A stretch of DNA of 64,000 nucleotides from Promethearchaeota archaeon. GTDB lineage: Archaea > Asgardarchaeota > Lokiarchaeia > Sigyniarchaeales > SOKP01. The number at the start of each line of letters is the position of its first letter. Position 1 is the first letter of the stretch. Shown here in pieces: positions 12,092-21,437 of the stretch. The notes under the pieces were generated by a model that saw only the letters and a program-made list of their open reading frames with translations, ran no database searches and was not told the origin of the DNA. A program made the translations under genes and the position numbers. The stretch lies in contig JBHLON010000012.1 in assembly GCA_048940445.1 (NCBI GenBank), positions 17,426 through 81,425 on the forward strand, given 5' to 3'.

Positions 12092-14638
12092 ATAGATATA
12101 TACAACATCTTATCCCATCCTGTCCGAAGGAAAATTTTATTATTATTAGAAAAAGAAGGGTTTATCCCATATACAGAGCTAATGGAAAAAATGGGGATAG
12201 ATCAAACGGGTCAATTAAATTTCCATCTAAAGAAGTTAGGGTCCTTAATAAATAAAGATAAAAAATCTTACTTTTTAACTGAAGATGGCAAAAGAATTTT
12301 AAGGATTATGAATGTAAGTAAACGCATCTTAGCAGGTGAAGAGATAGAATACTTAGATAAAAAAGGAAGCGAAATCAATCGCGTAGGAGTGATCTTATGC
12401 AGTTGTAACACTGAAATTTCTAATATAATAAATATTAATGCCTTGGAAAGTCAAATTGAGAATTTAGATGGTGTAGTTTCAGTAAAGGTTTTTGATAATT
12501 TATGTCAAGAAAAAAATTTGAATAAAATAACAAATTGGATAAAGGAGAACTTTTTAAACAAAGTAGTTATAGCAGCTTGTTCACCTAAAACACATCAGCA
12601 CATTTTTGAGCGGATTTTTAAAAATGTAATTGATAGTGCTAATATTGAAATAGCCAATATTAGAGAGCAATGTTGTTGGGTTCATCATTCAAATAATCAG
12701 CAATTTGATCCTTTATTGGCGTTAAAAAAGGCGAATTTGTTAATTGAAGCTGCAGTCGAACGCGTGAGACTTCAAAAAGAAGTTAAAATAAAAACAGTAG
12801 AAGTTGAAAAAAGTTGTGCTATTTTAGGAGGCGGTATTGCCGGTATGACATTAGCCTTAAATCTTTCCCGGGCAGGGATTAAAGTATATTTAATTGAAAA
12901 ATCACCTACACTAGGCGGGAAAGTAGCCAGATGGCATCGTATTTCTAACATGGGTGACTGTTCTATATGCTTTATTTCTGAATTAATTGGTGAAATAGTA
13001 AAAGAAAAAAATATCGAAATTTTAACTAATACTGAAATAGAAACGGTTTCTGGAGAGGTAGGAAATTTTACTTTAGATTTAATCAAGAAACCGAGATTTG
13101 TAGATGAGAAAAAATGTACCGGCTGTAAACAATGTATAAATGTATGTGGGAAAGAAAAAAGAAATCAATACGAATTTGATTTAACCTCTCGAAAAATAAT
13201 ATATATCCCCTTCCAGAATTCATATCCATATGTTCCTCTAATTGACGAGGAAGATATTAATGATTGTTTAAATTGTAGAATATGTGAACGAGTTTGTATT
13301 AATAAAGCAATAAACCTAAACGAAAAAGTTGAAAAAATTCGAATTAAAGTTGGAGCGAAAGTTATTGCAATAGGTGCTGACCTTTATTCGAATTTAACAA
13401 AATATTTATATAATCCTCAAAAAGATATTATCACTTCCTCTGAATTTGAGAGAATTTTATCTTCAGATGGTATTACAGAAGGAAAATTAGTGAGATTATC
13501 TGATAAGAAACTGATAAATTCCGTTTCAATTGTTCAAGAAGTTGGTCCATCTAAATATCTAGCAGAATATTCAGAAATTTTAGCGCAAAAATATATAGAG
13601 GATATTAAAATAAGAAGCCCTGACTGTGAAGTAAACGTTTTTTATGATTTAAGTAAATTAAAAAATAAAAATGAAATTTTACTGCGATCAACTAATCCAA
13701 GATTTCTCTATGCTAATAATGTTACCATTGAAACTAATGGTACAATGAACTATGTTGTTGCCGATAATATTGAATTTCCGAGCGATCTGATAGTTTTAAA
13801 TCTTAAGTATATTCCTAATAAAGATCTAAAAGTTTTACGGAGGTTCATGGATTTTACATTGAACGATTTCGGTTTTATGAGCGAGGAAACACTAGCATCA
13901 GGTATTTATGGAATTGGAACAATATTTGGCCCTTTAAACTACCAATCGACTCTTTCTACTGCAAATATCGTAGCGCTAAAAGTCATTTCTCTCCTCTCAA
14001 ATGATTATTTATTAGCTGAATTTACTGGAATTGAAATTAATGAAGAAAAATGTGGTTTATGCGGTTTATGTGAAAAAGCATGTCCTTATAATGCGATAAC
14101 GATTGAATCAAATAAGATTAATATTGATAAATTTAAATGTAAAGGTTGTGGTACATGCGCAAGTGTATGTTCTACTAACGCTATTGAAATGAATATAGAT
14201 ACTTCAGAAAAGATTTTAAAAACTATCGAGGTTTATTCAAAATTTAGTAAAAGTCCTAAAATTATCGCTTTTTGTTGTTATTCTTGCGGTTATGCTGCTG
14301 CTGATGATGCAGGTCTTAAAAAGGAGTTATATCAACCAAATATTTTCGTTATACGTATTCCATGTACGGGAAGATTGGATACTGAATTCATATTTAAATC
14401 ATTTGAAGCAGGATTTGATGGAGTAATGGTGATAGGATGCAGGAAAGATGCTTGTAGATATATTGATGGAATTGAAAAGGCACAAAAAAAAATATCACTC
14501 ATTAAAAAGATATTAAATCCAAAATATAGCAACCGAATTATATTTAAAAACTTAAATGCTGTAGAGGGTCATAAATTTGCAGAAATTGCGAATAAATTTT
14601 ATAATATTTTAAAGGAGGGGGCTATAAATCAAACTTAA
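12092..14638 (+). CDS. Fusion: ArsR-like winged HTH + HdrA-like flavoprotein (degenerate) + ferredoxin + MvhD
   Basis: In-frame extension IDIYNILSHPVRRKILLLLEKEGFIPYTELMEKMGIDQTGQLNFHLKKL starting at ATA 12092 after GAGGGG; CSC..LC..ACSPKTH..NIREQCCWVH; GGGIAG; two 2x[4Fe-4S] ferredoxin motifs; MvhD FCCYSC..RIPCTGR..GC..CRY. Confidence 0.88.
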   Translation: MDIYNILSHPVRRKILLLLEKEGFIPYTELMEKMGIDQTGQLNFHLKKLGSLINKDKKSYFLTEDGKRILRIMNVSKRILAGEEIEYLDKKGSEINRVGVILCSCNTEISNIININALESQIENLDGVVSVKVFDNLCQEKNLNKITNWIKENFLNKVVIAACSPKTHQHIFERIFKNVIDSANIEIANIREQCCWVHHSNNQQFDPLLALKKANLLIEAAVERVRLQKEVKIKTVEVEKSCAILGGGIAGMTLALNLSRAGIKVYLIEKSPTLGGKVARWHRISNMGDCSICFISELIGEIVKEKNIEILTNTEIETVSGEVGNFTLDLIKKPRFVDEKKCTGCKQCINVCGKEKRNQYEFDLTSRKIIYIPFQNSYPYVPLIDEEDINDCLNCRICERVCINKAINLNEKVEKIRIKVGAKVIAIGADLYSNLTKYLYNPQKDIITSSEFERILSSDGITEGKLVRLSDKKLINSVSIVQEVGPSKYLAEYSEILAQKYIEDIKIRSPDCEVNVFYDLSKLKNKNEILLRSTNPRFLYANNVTIETNGTMNYVVADNIEFPSDLIVLNLKYIPNKDLKVLRRFMDFTLNDFGFMSEETLASGIYGIGTIFGPLNYQSTLSTANIVALKVISLLSNDYLLAEFTGIEINEEKCGLCGLCEKACPYNAITIESNKINIDKFKCKGCGTCASVCSTNAIEMNIDTSEKILKTIEVYSKFSKSPKIIAFCCYSCGYAAADDAGLKKELYQPNIFVIRIPCTGRLDTEFIFKSFEAGFDGVMVIGCRKDACRYIDGIEKAQKKISLIKKILNPKYSNRIIFKNLNAVEGHKFAEIANKFYNILKEGAINQT

Positions 14639-15374
14639 GTTTATTATTGCTTCGTTAACCTCATGCAGTGGATGTATATCAACATTAATTTCATTGGATA
14701 TGTTTTCTCAATTTCTAGAAAAAATTGAAATCTCTTTTTTTCCATTTATTTCAGATCAAAATGAATTAATTGACTCTGATGTCGCATTAATAGAGGGTTG
14801 TATTTCAGAAGCTAATCAAATAGAAATATTGAAAAATATTAGAAAACATTCAAAAAAAGTTTATGCTTTAGGCACTTGTGCTGCTTTTGGGGGGATTTTA
14901 GGGTTATCTAAAAGAAAAGATTCTGATCCAATCTTAAAATTTATAGAAATTGATGGATTTATCCCTGGATGTCCTCCTCCAACAAACTTATTAGGAAATT
15001 CCTTAATGAGACTAATAGAAAATAAAAGTATAATTCTTTCTGAAAAAAATATGTGCGCCTCTTGTCCACGTAAAGGAGAAATGCATCTTAATTCTCAAAT
15101 AACAAAGCTTAATCCTTCTAATTCTGAAATAATGTCTAATAAACGAGAATGTTTTTTAAATAATGGGATCTTATGTTTAGGGCCAATTACTCGAGAAGGA
15201 TGTGATAATAAATGTATAGAACTGGGATTACCATGCGAAGGATGTTTAGGTCCTCCTTCAAAGCAGTACACATCAAATCTTATAAATTTCTTGAGTCTGG
15301 TTCCTCTTTCTAATAAATTAAAGAAATATCCAGGAATCTTTTATAGATTTTCAAAGCCGACATTAAAAAGGTGA
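14628..15374 (+). CDS. mvhG: [NiFe] hydrogenase small subunit, MvhG/group 3-like
   Basis: N-terminal SCSGC lies upstream of the ORF-track start, in frame from ATC 14628 after GGAGGGG; EG, GTCAAFGG, PGCPP, CxxC, CLGP..C..C..PCEGC. Confidence 0.85.
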   Translation: MKLKFIIASLTSCSGCISTLISLDMFSQFLEKIEISFFPFISDQNELIDSDVALIEGCISEANQIEILKNIRKHSKKVYALGTCAAFGGILGLSKRKDSDPILKFIEIDGFIPGCPPPTNLLGNSLMRLIENKSIILSEKNMCASCPRKGEMHLNSQITKLNPSNSEIMSNKRECFLNNGILCLGPITREGCDNKCIELGLPCEGCLGPPSKQYTSNLINFLSLVPLSNKLKKYPGIFYRFSKPTLKR

Positions 15375-16678
15375 GAATAATTCAAAAGGTAATAAATGTA
15401 TGTTCCAGAGTTGAGGGCCACGGTAAAGTTAGTTATTTCATACAAAATGATAATATTGATCATGTTGAATTTGAAATTTCTGCATTTAGAGGATTCGAAA
15501 ACATTTTGGTAGGTAAGAATTTAAAAGATATACCTAGAATTGTCTCGAGAATTTGTGGTTTGTGTCATGCTTCTCAAACAATTGCTAGTTGTAAAGCTAT
15601 TGAAAAAATCTATGATATTCAACCCAGCTCTCAAGCTATTCTACTTAGAAAATTATTAATGACGGGGGAATTAATCAAGTCTCATATTATGCATTTTTTC
15701 TTTCAATCACTACCTGATCTCTTAGAAATTTTTCAAATCTATAAAAGTGGGAGTAATTCATACAATTTGGTTAAGTTTGACCCACAATTGAGCAGTAATG
15801 TTTTTGACCTAATTAAAACAGGATCTGAATTAAACAATATTTTTGGAGGAAGAATAATCCATTTGATTACTCCTGTTCCAGGAGGAATTATCTATTATCC
15901 TTCAAAAAAGAATATTCTGCTCGCTCAAAAATATTTACAGAAATCCATATCTCATATTCAATACATTATTGATCGATTTGTTGAATTATTCGCTTCTAAA
16001 ATCCCTCCATATGAATTTAATCTAAATAAAACATCGTATTTAGGAATGCTAAATAAAGGAAAATATGATAGGTATAATGGAACTCTAAATATATTACCGG
16101 TTAATATGAACAAATTAAATTTTGAAGTGAATGATTATAAAAACTATTTTGAAAAAGATTCTAATTTGTTTGGAATTAAATTTTTATCAGATATAAAAAG
16201 CATTTTAACGGGACCGATTGCAAGATTCTATCTCATAAATAAAGATAATGAAATTAGAAGAAATGCTGTAATAGATAACTTTGACACAGAGTGGAAAGAG
16301 AACATTTTATTTATGAACATTTTACAACTTGTCGAAGTCTTTAAAGAAGTAAATAATAGTATAGAGATATTAAATAAACATAGTTTAGAAAATAAAGATA
16401 CCCTCCCCTCTCTTAATACTATCATAAATCAGGAAGGTTTTGGGATTGTAGAAGCCCCACGTGGAACCCTTATACATCATTATCATCTAAATAAATCTAA
16501 AATAATTGATTGCGTTAAACTTTTTATAGCAACTGAAATAAATTTTCCTCTTTTAAATGAAAAAATTAAAAATTATGCTCAAGAGTTATACAAAAAAGAA
16601 GACTTAGAATCAGTCAATAGAAAAGTTCAAATTTTGATAAGAGCTTTTGATCCATGTATCTCTTGTGCTACACATTAG
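15371..16678 (+). CDS. mvhA: [NiFe] hydrogenase large subunit, MvhA/group 3-like, no C-terminal extension
   Basis: RVEGHG, L1 RICGLC, EAPRGTLIHHY, L2 DPCISCATH followed immediately by stop. Confidence 0.88.
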   Translation: MRIIQKVINVCSRVEGHGKVSYFIQNDNIDHVEFEISAFRGFENILVGKNLKDIPRIVSRICGLCHASQTIASCKAIEKIYDIQPSSQAILLRKLLMTGELIKSHIMHFFFQSLPDLLEIFQIYKSGSNSYNLVKFDPQLSSNVFDLIKTGSELNNIFGGRIIHLITPVPGGIIYYPSKKNILLAQKYLQKSISHIQYIIDRFVELFASKIPPYEFNLNKTSYLGMLNKGKYDRYNGTLNILPVNMNKLNFEVNDYKNYFEKDSNLFGIKFLSDIKSILTGPIARFYLINKDNEIRRNAVIDNFDTEWKENILFMNILQLVEVFKEVNNSIEILNKHSLENKDTLPSLNTIINQEGFGIVEAPRGTLIHHYHLNKSKIIDCVKLFIATEINFPLLNEKIKNYAQELYKKEDLESVNRKVQILIRAFDPCISCATH

Positions 16679-16697
16679 AAAATATGGTGTTTAATAA

Positions 16698-17720
16698 ATG
16701 GATGATTTCAACCTGAATAAGCCAAAAGATGCTGTAGAGCCCGAACAACTATGTGAAATATTTCTACTCTACTTTGATGAAGAATATGGACCAATGCCTC
16801 TTCTTATCACTCCTGATGAGTCTCTAAAAGATGATGTTGATGTTATGCGTTTAATTAGAATTCATTCCATTTGGTTTCTTGATATAAGCGATCAAACATC
16901 TCCAGATCGTATGGATTTAGAGTATCAAAAAAAAATATATTTTGCAAAGAAATTTTTAGTACCATCCAAAAGAGAAAAAAGGCGTTCAGGTTCTGAAGGA
17001 GAAAGTTTCGAAACTCTTGTTTTAATCTTAGCTTTACCAGTTGATATGGATATCTTTGGAGGAGCACTTCTAAAAAGAATGGCAGAAAGAATAACAAAGC
17101 ATTTTTCTTTTAAAATATCTCATCTAATAGATTCTGAAATAGCAAAAATGAAAGCGATAAAAATCCATACCACGATACCACTACTTCAGATTGGAGATGC
17201 TATTAAAAAGCGAATAAAAGTTTTAATTAAAAACACATGTGTACAGTATTTCGATTCTGTCATTAAGAAAACTGATTCTACAACTTTCAAACTTCAGAAA
17301 GCTATATCATACTTATCATTAAAGGGAGTTCCAATTAACTATATTGTTAGTGAAAAGGGAAATTTAGGTTTTTCAAACGTTAAACTGTTTGAATCAAAAG
17401 TTTTAGTAAATGATAAATATAAATTTGAAAAAAATTTTAAAATTATAAGCACAGATATAGATTCAGATACTCAAGAAGTTGAGATTTTAATTAAAAATCT
17501 TTCAATTAATGAATTTAGTAATCTCTATGTTAAAGTAATCTCTATTCAAGAATTCTTTGAAAGTGAAGTATTACGTGAAAAAATAGAAAAATGGCTTCCT
17601 GAAGAAGAGTTAATTATAATACTACCTTATGTACTCACAAACTTTGAATACTTCTTTTATATCTTTGATAGTCACTCTAATCAGACTTTATTTAAGCAGA
17701 AGTTGCAACTACTAAATTAA
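16698..17720 (+). CDS. Hypothetical protein with longin/uDENN-like N-terminus and beta-sandwich C-terminus
   Basis: LLYFDEEYGPMPL motif typical of longin/uDENN strands; 19 nt downstream of mvhA. Confidence 0.5.
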   Translation: MDDFNLNKPKDAVEPEQLCEIFLLYFDEEYGPMPLLITPDESLKDDVDVMRLIRIHSIWFLDISDQTSPDRMDLEYQKKIYFAKKFLVPSKREKRRSGSEGESFETLVLILALPVDMDIFGGALLKRMAERITKHFSFKISHLIDSEIAKMKAIKIHTTIPLLQIGDAIKKRIKVLIKNTCVQYFDSVIKKTDSTTFKLQKAISYLSLKGVPINYIVSEKGNLGFSNVKLFESKVLVNDKYKFEKNFKIISTDIDSDTQEVEILIKNLSINEFSNLYVKVISIQEFFESEVLREKIEKWLPEEELIIILPYVLTNFEYFFYIFDSHSNQTLFKQKLQLLN

Positions 17721-17736
17721 ATTATTTAAAAATTGC

Positions 17737-18105
17737 TTAAAATTGAAATTCTCGATTCCTTAATTTTGAGACTAGATGCCCCCTACTAAGAAGTTGTATT
17801 CCAAATTGATTAGAGTAATCACGAGCAAAATCAGTTGCGATATTACATACCATTATACCCCCTTCAATATCAGGAACATCAAGACATGCCTTGTGAAGTT
17901 GTCGTAATTGAGTTATAGAAATCTCTCTCTTCCAATCTCGAATGAAAATTCCATACTTCCCATACTTTCCATCATCCACTATAGCATTAAAATCCCATAA
18001 CTTTCCGGACTTTCCCTTTAATTTCTGCGGATTATTATTATATTGAAATTTTTCGGAAAAAACTTTTTTAGCTAATTCAGCTAAAGGGGTCTCTCTAAAT
18101 GACAT
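17737..18105 (-). CDS. Mrr-type restriction-endonuclease-fold protein (probably degenerate)
   Basis: KGKSGKLWDFNA..IFIRDWKREISITQL..GGIMVCN..ARDY..GIQL. Confidence 0.6.
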   Translation of the reverse strand: MSFRETPLAELAKKVFSEKFQYNNNPQKLKGKSGKLWDFNAIVDDGKYGKYGIFIRDWKREISITQLRQLHKACLDVPDIEGGIMVCNIATDFARDYSNQFGIQLLSRGHLVSKLRNREFQF

Positions 18106-18293
18106 GAAATCACGAGTTTTTTATTTAAATATATCGATTACGTATTATTTAAATGTTAGTTGTATAATTCCTACTAATCATCATAAAAATATGTAATATG
18201 TACATAATATGACCCCCATTAAAAAAATCGTGTTGAATATGTATTGTTTAACTTACCGACAAAAAAACTTAATAAATGTTTATAAAATTCTGT

Positions 18294-19139
18294 TCAAACT
18301 ATAACATGATTAAATAGTTTATGTAGCGGATATTCACCATAAACATCTAATCCATTCCGCTTTATAAAATTAATTAGATGTTGTTTTAAAAATAAAATTA
18401 AATGATTAGTAATTTTACTACATACATTTTTGCATTTAAAAAAATCGTTTGGGAGAAGAGGACAAGCACTATTATATTCTAAGCAGAACTTTTTCATTTG
18501 TAGAGATAAACCATCTGCTAAAAGGACATCAAAGTTGTCCCATTTATCAATAAAACCTGCTAAACTGCTTGGTGCAATCCTCATTATTGAATTTTTTAAT
18601 ACCATCGTATTATTACAGTTTTTTGGTGAAAAATTTAAACCTAATCGATATTTTATTTTTTTCATTTCAGATTTTGCTTCTAATAAGCATAAAAAGTTAT
18701 ATTTATCCAGTAGTTTTTCAGCTTCAAGAGTTTTATCGTGATCAATAATCTCCCAACCTGATACTTTTTTACAATCAATCAATCCTTTTGAGTTTGGAAA
18801 GTCGTAAAATGGATACAACCAACATTGAGGTGGCTTTATACCAGAATGATGAACCTTACATCCATTTAATTTACTATCAAATAGAAAACATTTTCCAATT
18901 TTATTATCAAACCTTAATTCAAATGTAAATACATTACCTCTATTAAAGTCTTCCTTAGTAGCATACTTTCTGCGTATATATTCTTCGGCCAACACTTTAG
19001 GGACATCAATTTTGATAGAGCAACAACCACCTCTACAGTTATTAGGATTAGTACAGTCTGGTCCCTTTATAGCAGATTTCATTAAACTATTGAACTTTTT
19101 AATAATAAACCAAAAGTAATTATTATTTTGATGCACCAA
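18294..19139 (-). CDS. YkgJ/CxxCxxCC cysteine-cluster protein with extra C-terminal Cys cluster (start uncertain)
   Basis: C..CRGGCC, CFLFD..GCKVH..KPPQCWLYPF..C; additional C-x5-C-x8-C-x3-C. Confidence 0.7.
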   Translation of the reverse strand: MVHQNNNYFWFIIKKFNSLMKSAIKGPDCTNPNNCRGGCCSIKIDVPKVLAEEYIRRKYATKEDFNRGNVFTFELRFDNKIGKCFLFDSKLNGCKVHHSGIKPPQCWLYPFYDFPNSKGLIDCKKVSGWEIIDHDKTLEAEKLLDKYNFLCLLEAKSEMKKIKYRLGLNFSPKNCNNTMVLKNSIMRIAPSSLAGFIDKWDNFDVLLADGLSLQMKKFCLEYNSACPLLPNDFFKCKNVCSKITNHLILFLKQHLINFIKRNGLDVYGEYPLHKLFNHVIV

Positions 19140-19199
19140 ATTAATATAATAATCTTAAAAGAATAATATATTTTTTACTATCTCCATTAATTTACTATT

Positions 19200-20138
19200 A
19201 TGCCTAACTTAATTATTGTTGATATAACAGAAACAGAACAAACAAAATTGGATAGTAATGGAAATCTAAAAGAAATAAATGGTTATGGAACTTTAACAAT
19301 AAAAAATCCTTCTAATAAAAGCAAACTCTGGGACTTGAATTGTGATTTGAAAGAAATAGTAAACACAACCATGGACTCCAGGGAAATAGCTCTAGATTCA
19401 TTAAATCCTTCTCAAGAAACTAGTAAAAGTTATCAAATTAAGAATTTGAAAAAACCTTCCTTAGTTGTAACCGAATTATTTAATCTATCTAATCAGTATA
19501 ATAAATATTCCATAAAAATTAAGGTAACCAATGCAATAGACCATCTAATTTCAAATATTAAAATTAGTAGGGAACTTCCTGACAAATTCAAAAATATTGA
19601 ATATGAAACACCAGAGATGGGAAAGATGAAAATAAATACCGTAGATGGTGTTAGTATGTTAGAATGGGATATACTTGAATTAATCGCTAGGAATTCAACT
19701 GAAGTGTTAGTTAAGTTTAATATGGATGAAGTCAAAATAAAAAATTCAATTGGATCATTAAACGTGTCGTATGATGTTAATAAGTATCAATTATCTAGGT
19801 TGAAGCCAGAAATTCTTAGCAATACTAATATTTCAACGAAAATTCATAAACAGAGCCAAACCGAAGAGATCTGGGATTGCAGAATTGAATTTCTAAACGC
19901 ATCTGAGTTTCAAGTAAAATTAGAGAATGTTAAGGTGATAAACAAAGAAAGTACAGGGAGTAAAGTAATTATTTCTCAAGCACCTAATAAAGTATTAAAT
20001 CCTTTACAATCTTGGATACACAATTTTCAAATTAAATCGCTAAAAAATCCAAAATTAAATTCTATTATAGAGTACTTTCCATTATTTGTTGTTATAAACC
20101 ACGTGATTGGAGATATAGAAAAAGAATCAAATGTATAA
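19200..20138 (+). CDS. All-beta protein resembling the mu-homology domain (adaptin mu / delta-COP C-terminal)
   Basis: IIVDITETEQTKLDSNGNLKEINGYGTLTI and ISNIKISRELP..G..LEWDI patterns, recognised by eye. Confidence 0.45.
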   Translation: MPNLIIVDITETEQTKLDSNGNLKEINGYGTLTIKNPSNKSKLWDLNCDLKEIVNTTMDSREIALDSLNPSQETSKSYQIKNLKKPSLVVTELFNLSNQYNKYSIKIKVTNAIDHLISNIKISRELPDKFKNIEYETPEMGKMKINTVDGVSMLEWDILELIARNSTEVLVKFNMDEVKIKNSIGSLNVSYDVNKYQLSRLKPEILSNTNISTKIHKQSQTEEIWDCRIEFLNASEFQVKLENVKVINKESTGSKVIISQAPNKVLNPLQSWIHNFQIKSLKNPKLNSIIEYFPLFVVINHVIGDIEKESNV

Positions 20139-20150
20139 GAGACTAAAACC

Positions 20151-20792
20151 ATGTTTGCTTTGACAATTATCTTTGAAATATTATTCACAATTAATTTTGT
20201 ACTATATTGGTCAATAATTTTAAAGGTACAAAACCTAAAAATTAAAAATTACTATAAAAAGGCTTTTCCAATAATTTGGGCCTGTTGCGGAGTGCTTATC
20301 TTAGTTCCTACATCTAATATTATCCAGTTTATTTTTAATAAGAATTTCAGTTATTTTCAAGACTTATGGACATGGTTTTTAGTTTTAGGAGTCATATTTA
20401 TTATAGCTGGTTTTAAGATTATCTCTATGGTAAAAAAACTATATAAAAAGAAAACGATTAACATAAAAGGATCCAAATTAGTAGAAAAAGGGATATATTC
20501 AATAATTAGACATCCTCTCTATTTATCTTGGTTCTTAATATTTATTGGTTTTAGCTTTATTTTTGATTCAACTTTAACGATTATCTTTTTACCTATTTTC
20601 ATTATTCTATTAGAAATTCAGACTTTCTTGGAAGAAAAGTTTATTCTTATTCCAATTTTTGGAAAAAAATACCAAGAATATAAAAAAAAGACGCCCTTTC
20701 GCCTTATACCACGGCCATATATTTATATTTTTGTGATACTTGCTGTAATTGTGGTTTATATTGGATTTTATAATTTCGTTTTAAAAAGTTAA
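20151..20792 (+). CDS. Isoprenylcysteine carboxyl methyltransferase / PEMT-family membrane protein
   Basis: LVEKGIYSIIRHPLY, EEKFIL..FGKKYQEYKKKTP. Confidence 0.85.
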   Translation: MFALTIIFEILFTINFVLYWSIILKVQNLKIKNYYKKAFPIIWACCGVLILVPTSNIIQFIFNKNFSYFQDLWTWFLVLGVIFIIAGFKIISMVKKLYKKKTINIKGSKLVEKGIYSIIRHPLYLSWFLIFIGFSFIFDSTLTIIFLPIFIILLEIQTFLEEKFILIPIFGKKYQEYKKKTPFRLIPRPYIYIFVILAVIVVYIGFYNFVLKS

Positions 20793-20906
20793 TTTATTTC
20801 CATTTTCAAGGGTTTAGAATTTTGTTTTAATAATTTATAACCCAAATTATAAAATATTTACTTACAGTCTGATTAATAATTATTAAATATCGGAGGATCC
20901 GAAAAA

Positions 20907-21428
20907 ATGACTCAAAAGATAGCTATTTTAGCAACTGATGGTTTTGAAGATGCTGAACTGTTATATCCAAAAATAAGGTTGAAGGAAGAAGGAATCAATA
21001 CAGAATTGATTAGTTTGCATAGAAGGGAAATTATAGGAAAACATGGTTATCCAATAAAACCAGATAAATTGATAAGAGAAGCACATGCTGATGATTATGA
21101 TGGGGTGATCATCCCCGGTGGAACAGTCAATCCTGATCATCTTAGACGAGAAAGTGAAGTATTAGAATTTGTAGCAAAACTGAATCAACAGAAAAAGTTA
21201 GTGAGTAGTATTTGTCATGGCGGATGGGTTTTAATTTCTGCAAAAGTTATAAAAGGTCGTAAAGCTACAAGTTATTTTGCAATAAAGGATGATATGATAA
21301 ATGCTGGTGCAAAATTTGAAGATAAGTCAGTTGTAGTCGATGGAAATTTAATAACATCTAGACAACCAGATGATCTACCGGATTTCATGAAAAAAATTAT
21401 AGAATTCTTAAAAAAAGTTGCAAATTAA
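20907..21428 (+). CDS. pfpI: PfpI/DJ-1 family protein
   Basis: GFEDAEL, IIPGG, ICHG nucleophile, VVDGNLITSRQPDDL. Confidence 0.92.
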   Translation: MTQKIAILATDGFEDAELLYPKIRLKEEGINTELISLHRREIIGKHGYPIKPDKLIREAHADDYDGVIIPGGTVNPDHLRRESEVLEFVAKLNQQKKLVSSICHGGWVLISAKVIKGRKATSYFAIKDDMINAGAKFEDKSVVVDGNLITSRQPDDLPDFMKKIIEFLKKVAN

Positions 21429-21437
21429 ATTTAACTT

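Noticed and set aside
12092-16678. Selenocysteine recoding in HdrA/MvhD/hydrogenase (known Sec families)
   Set aside because: All relevant positions are Cys codons in uninterrupted frames; there is no in-frame TGA.
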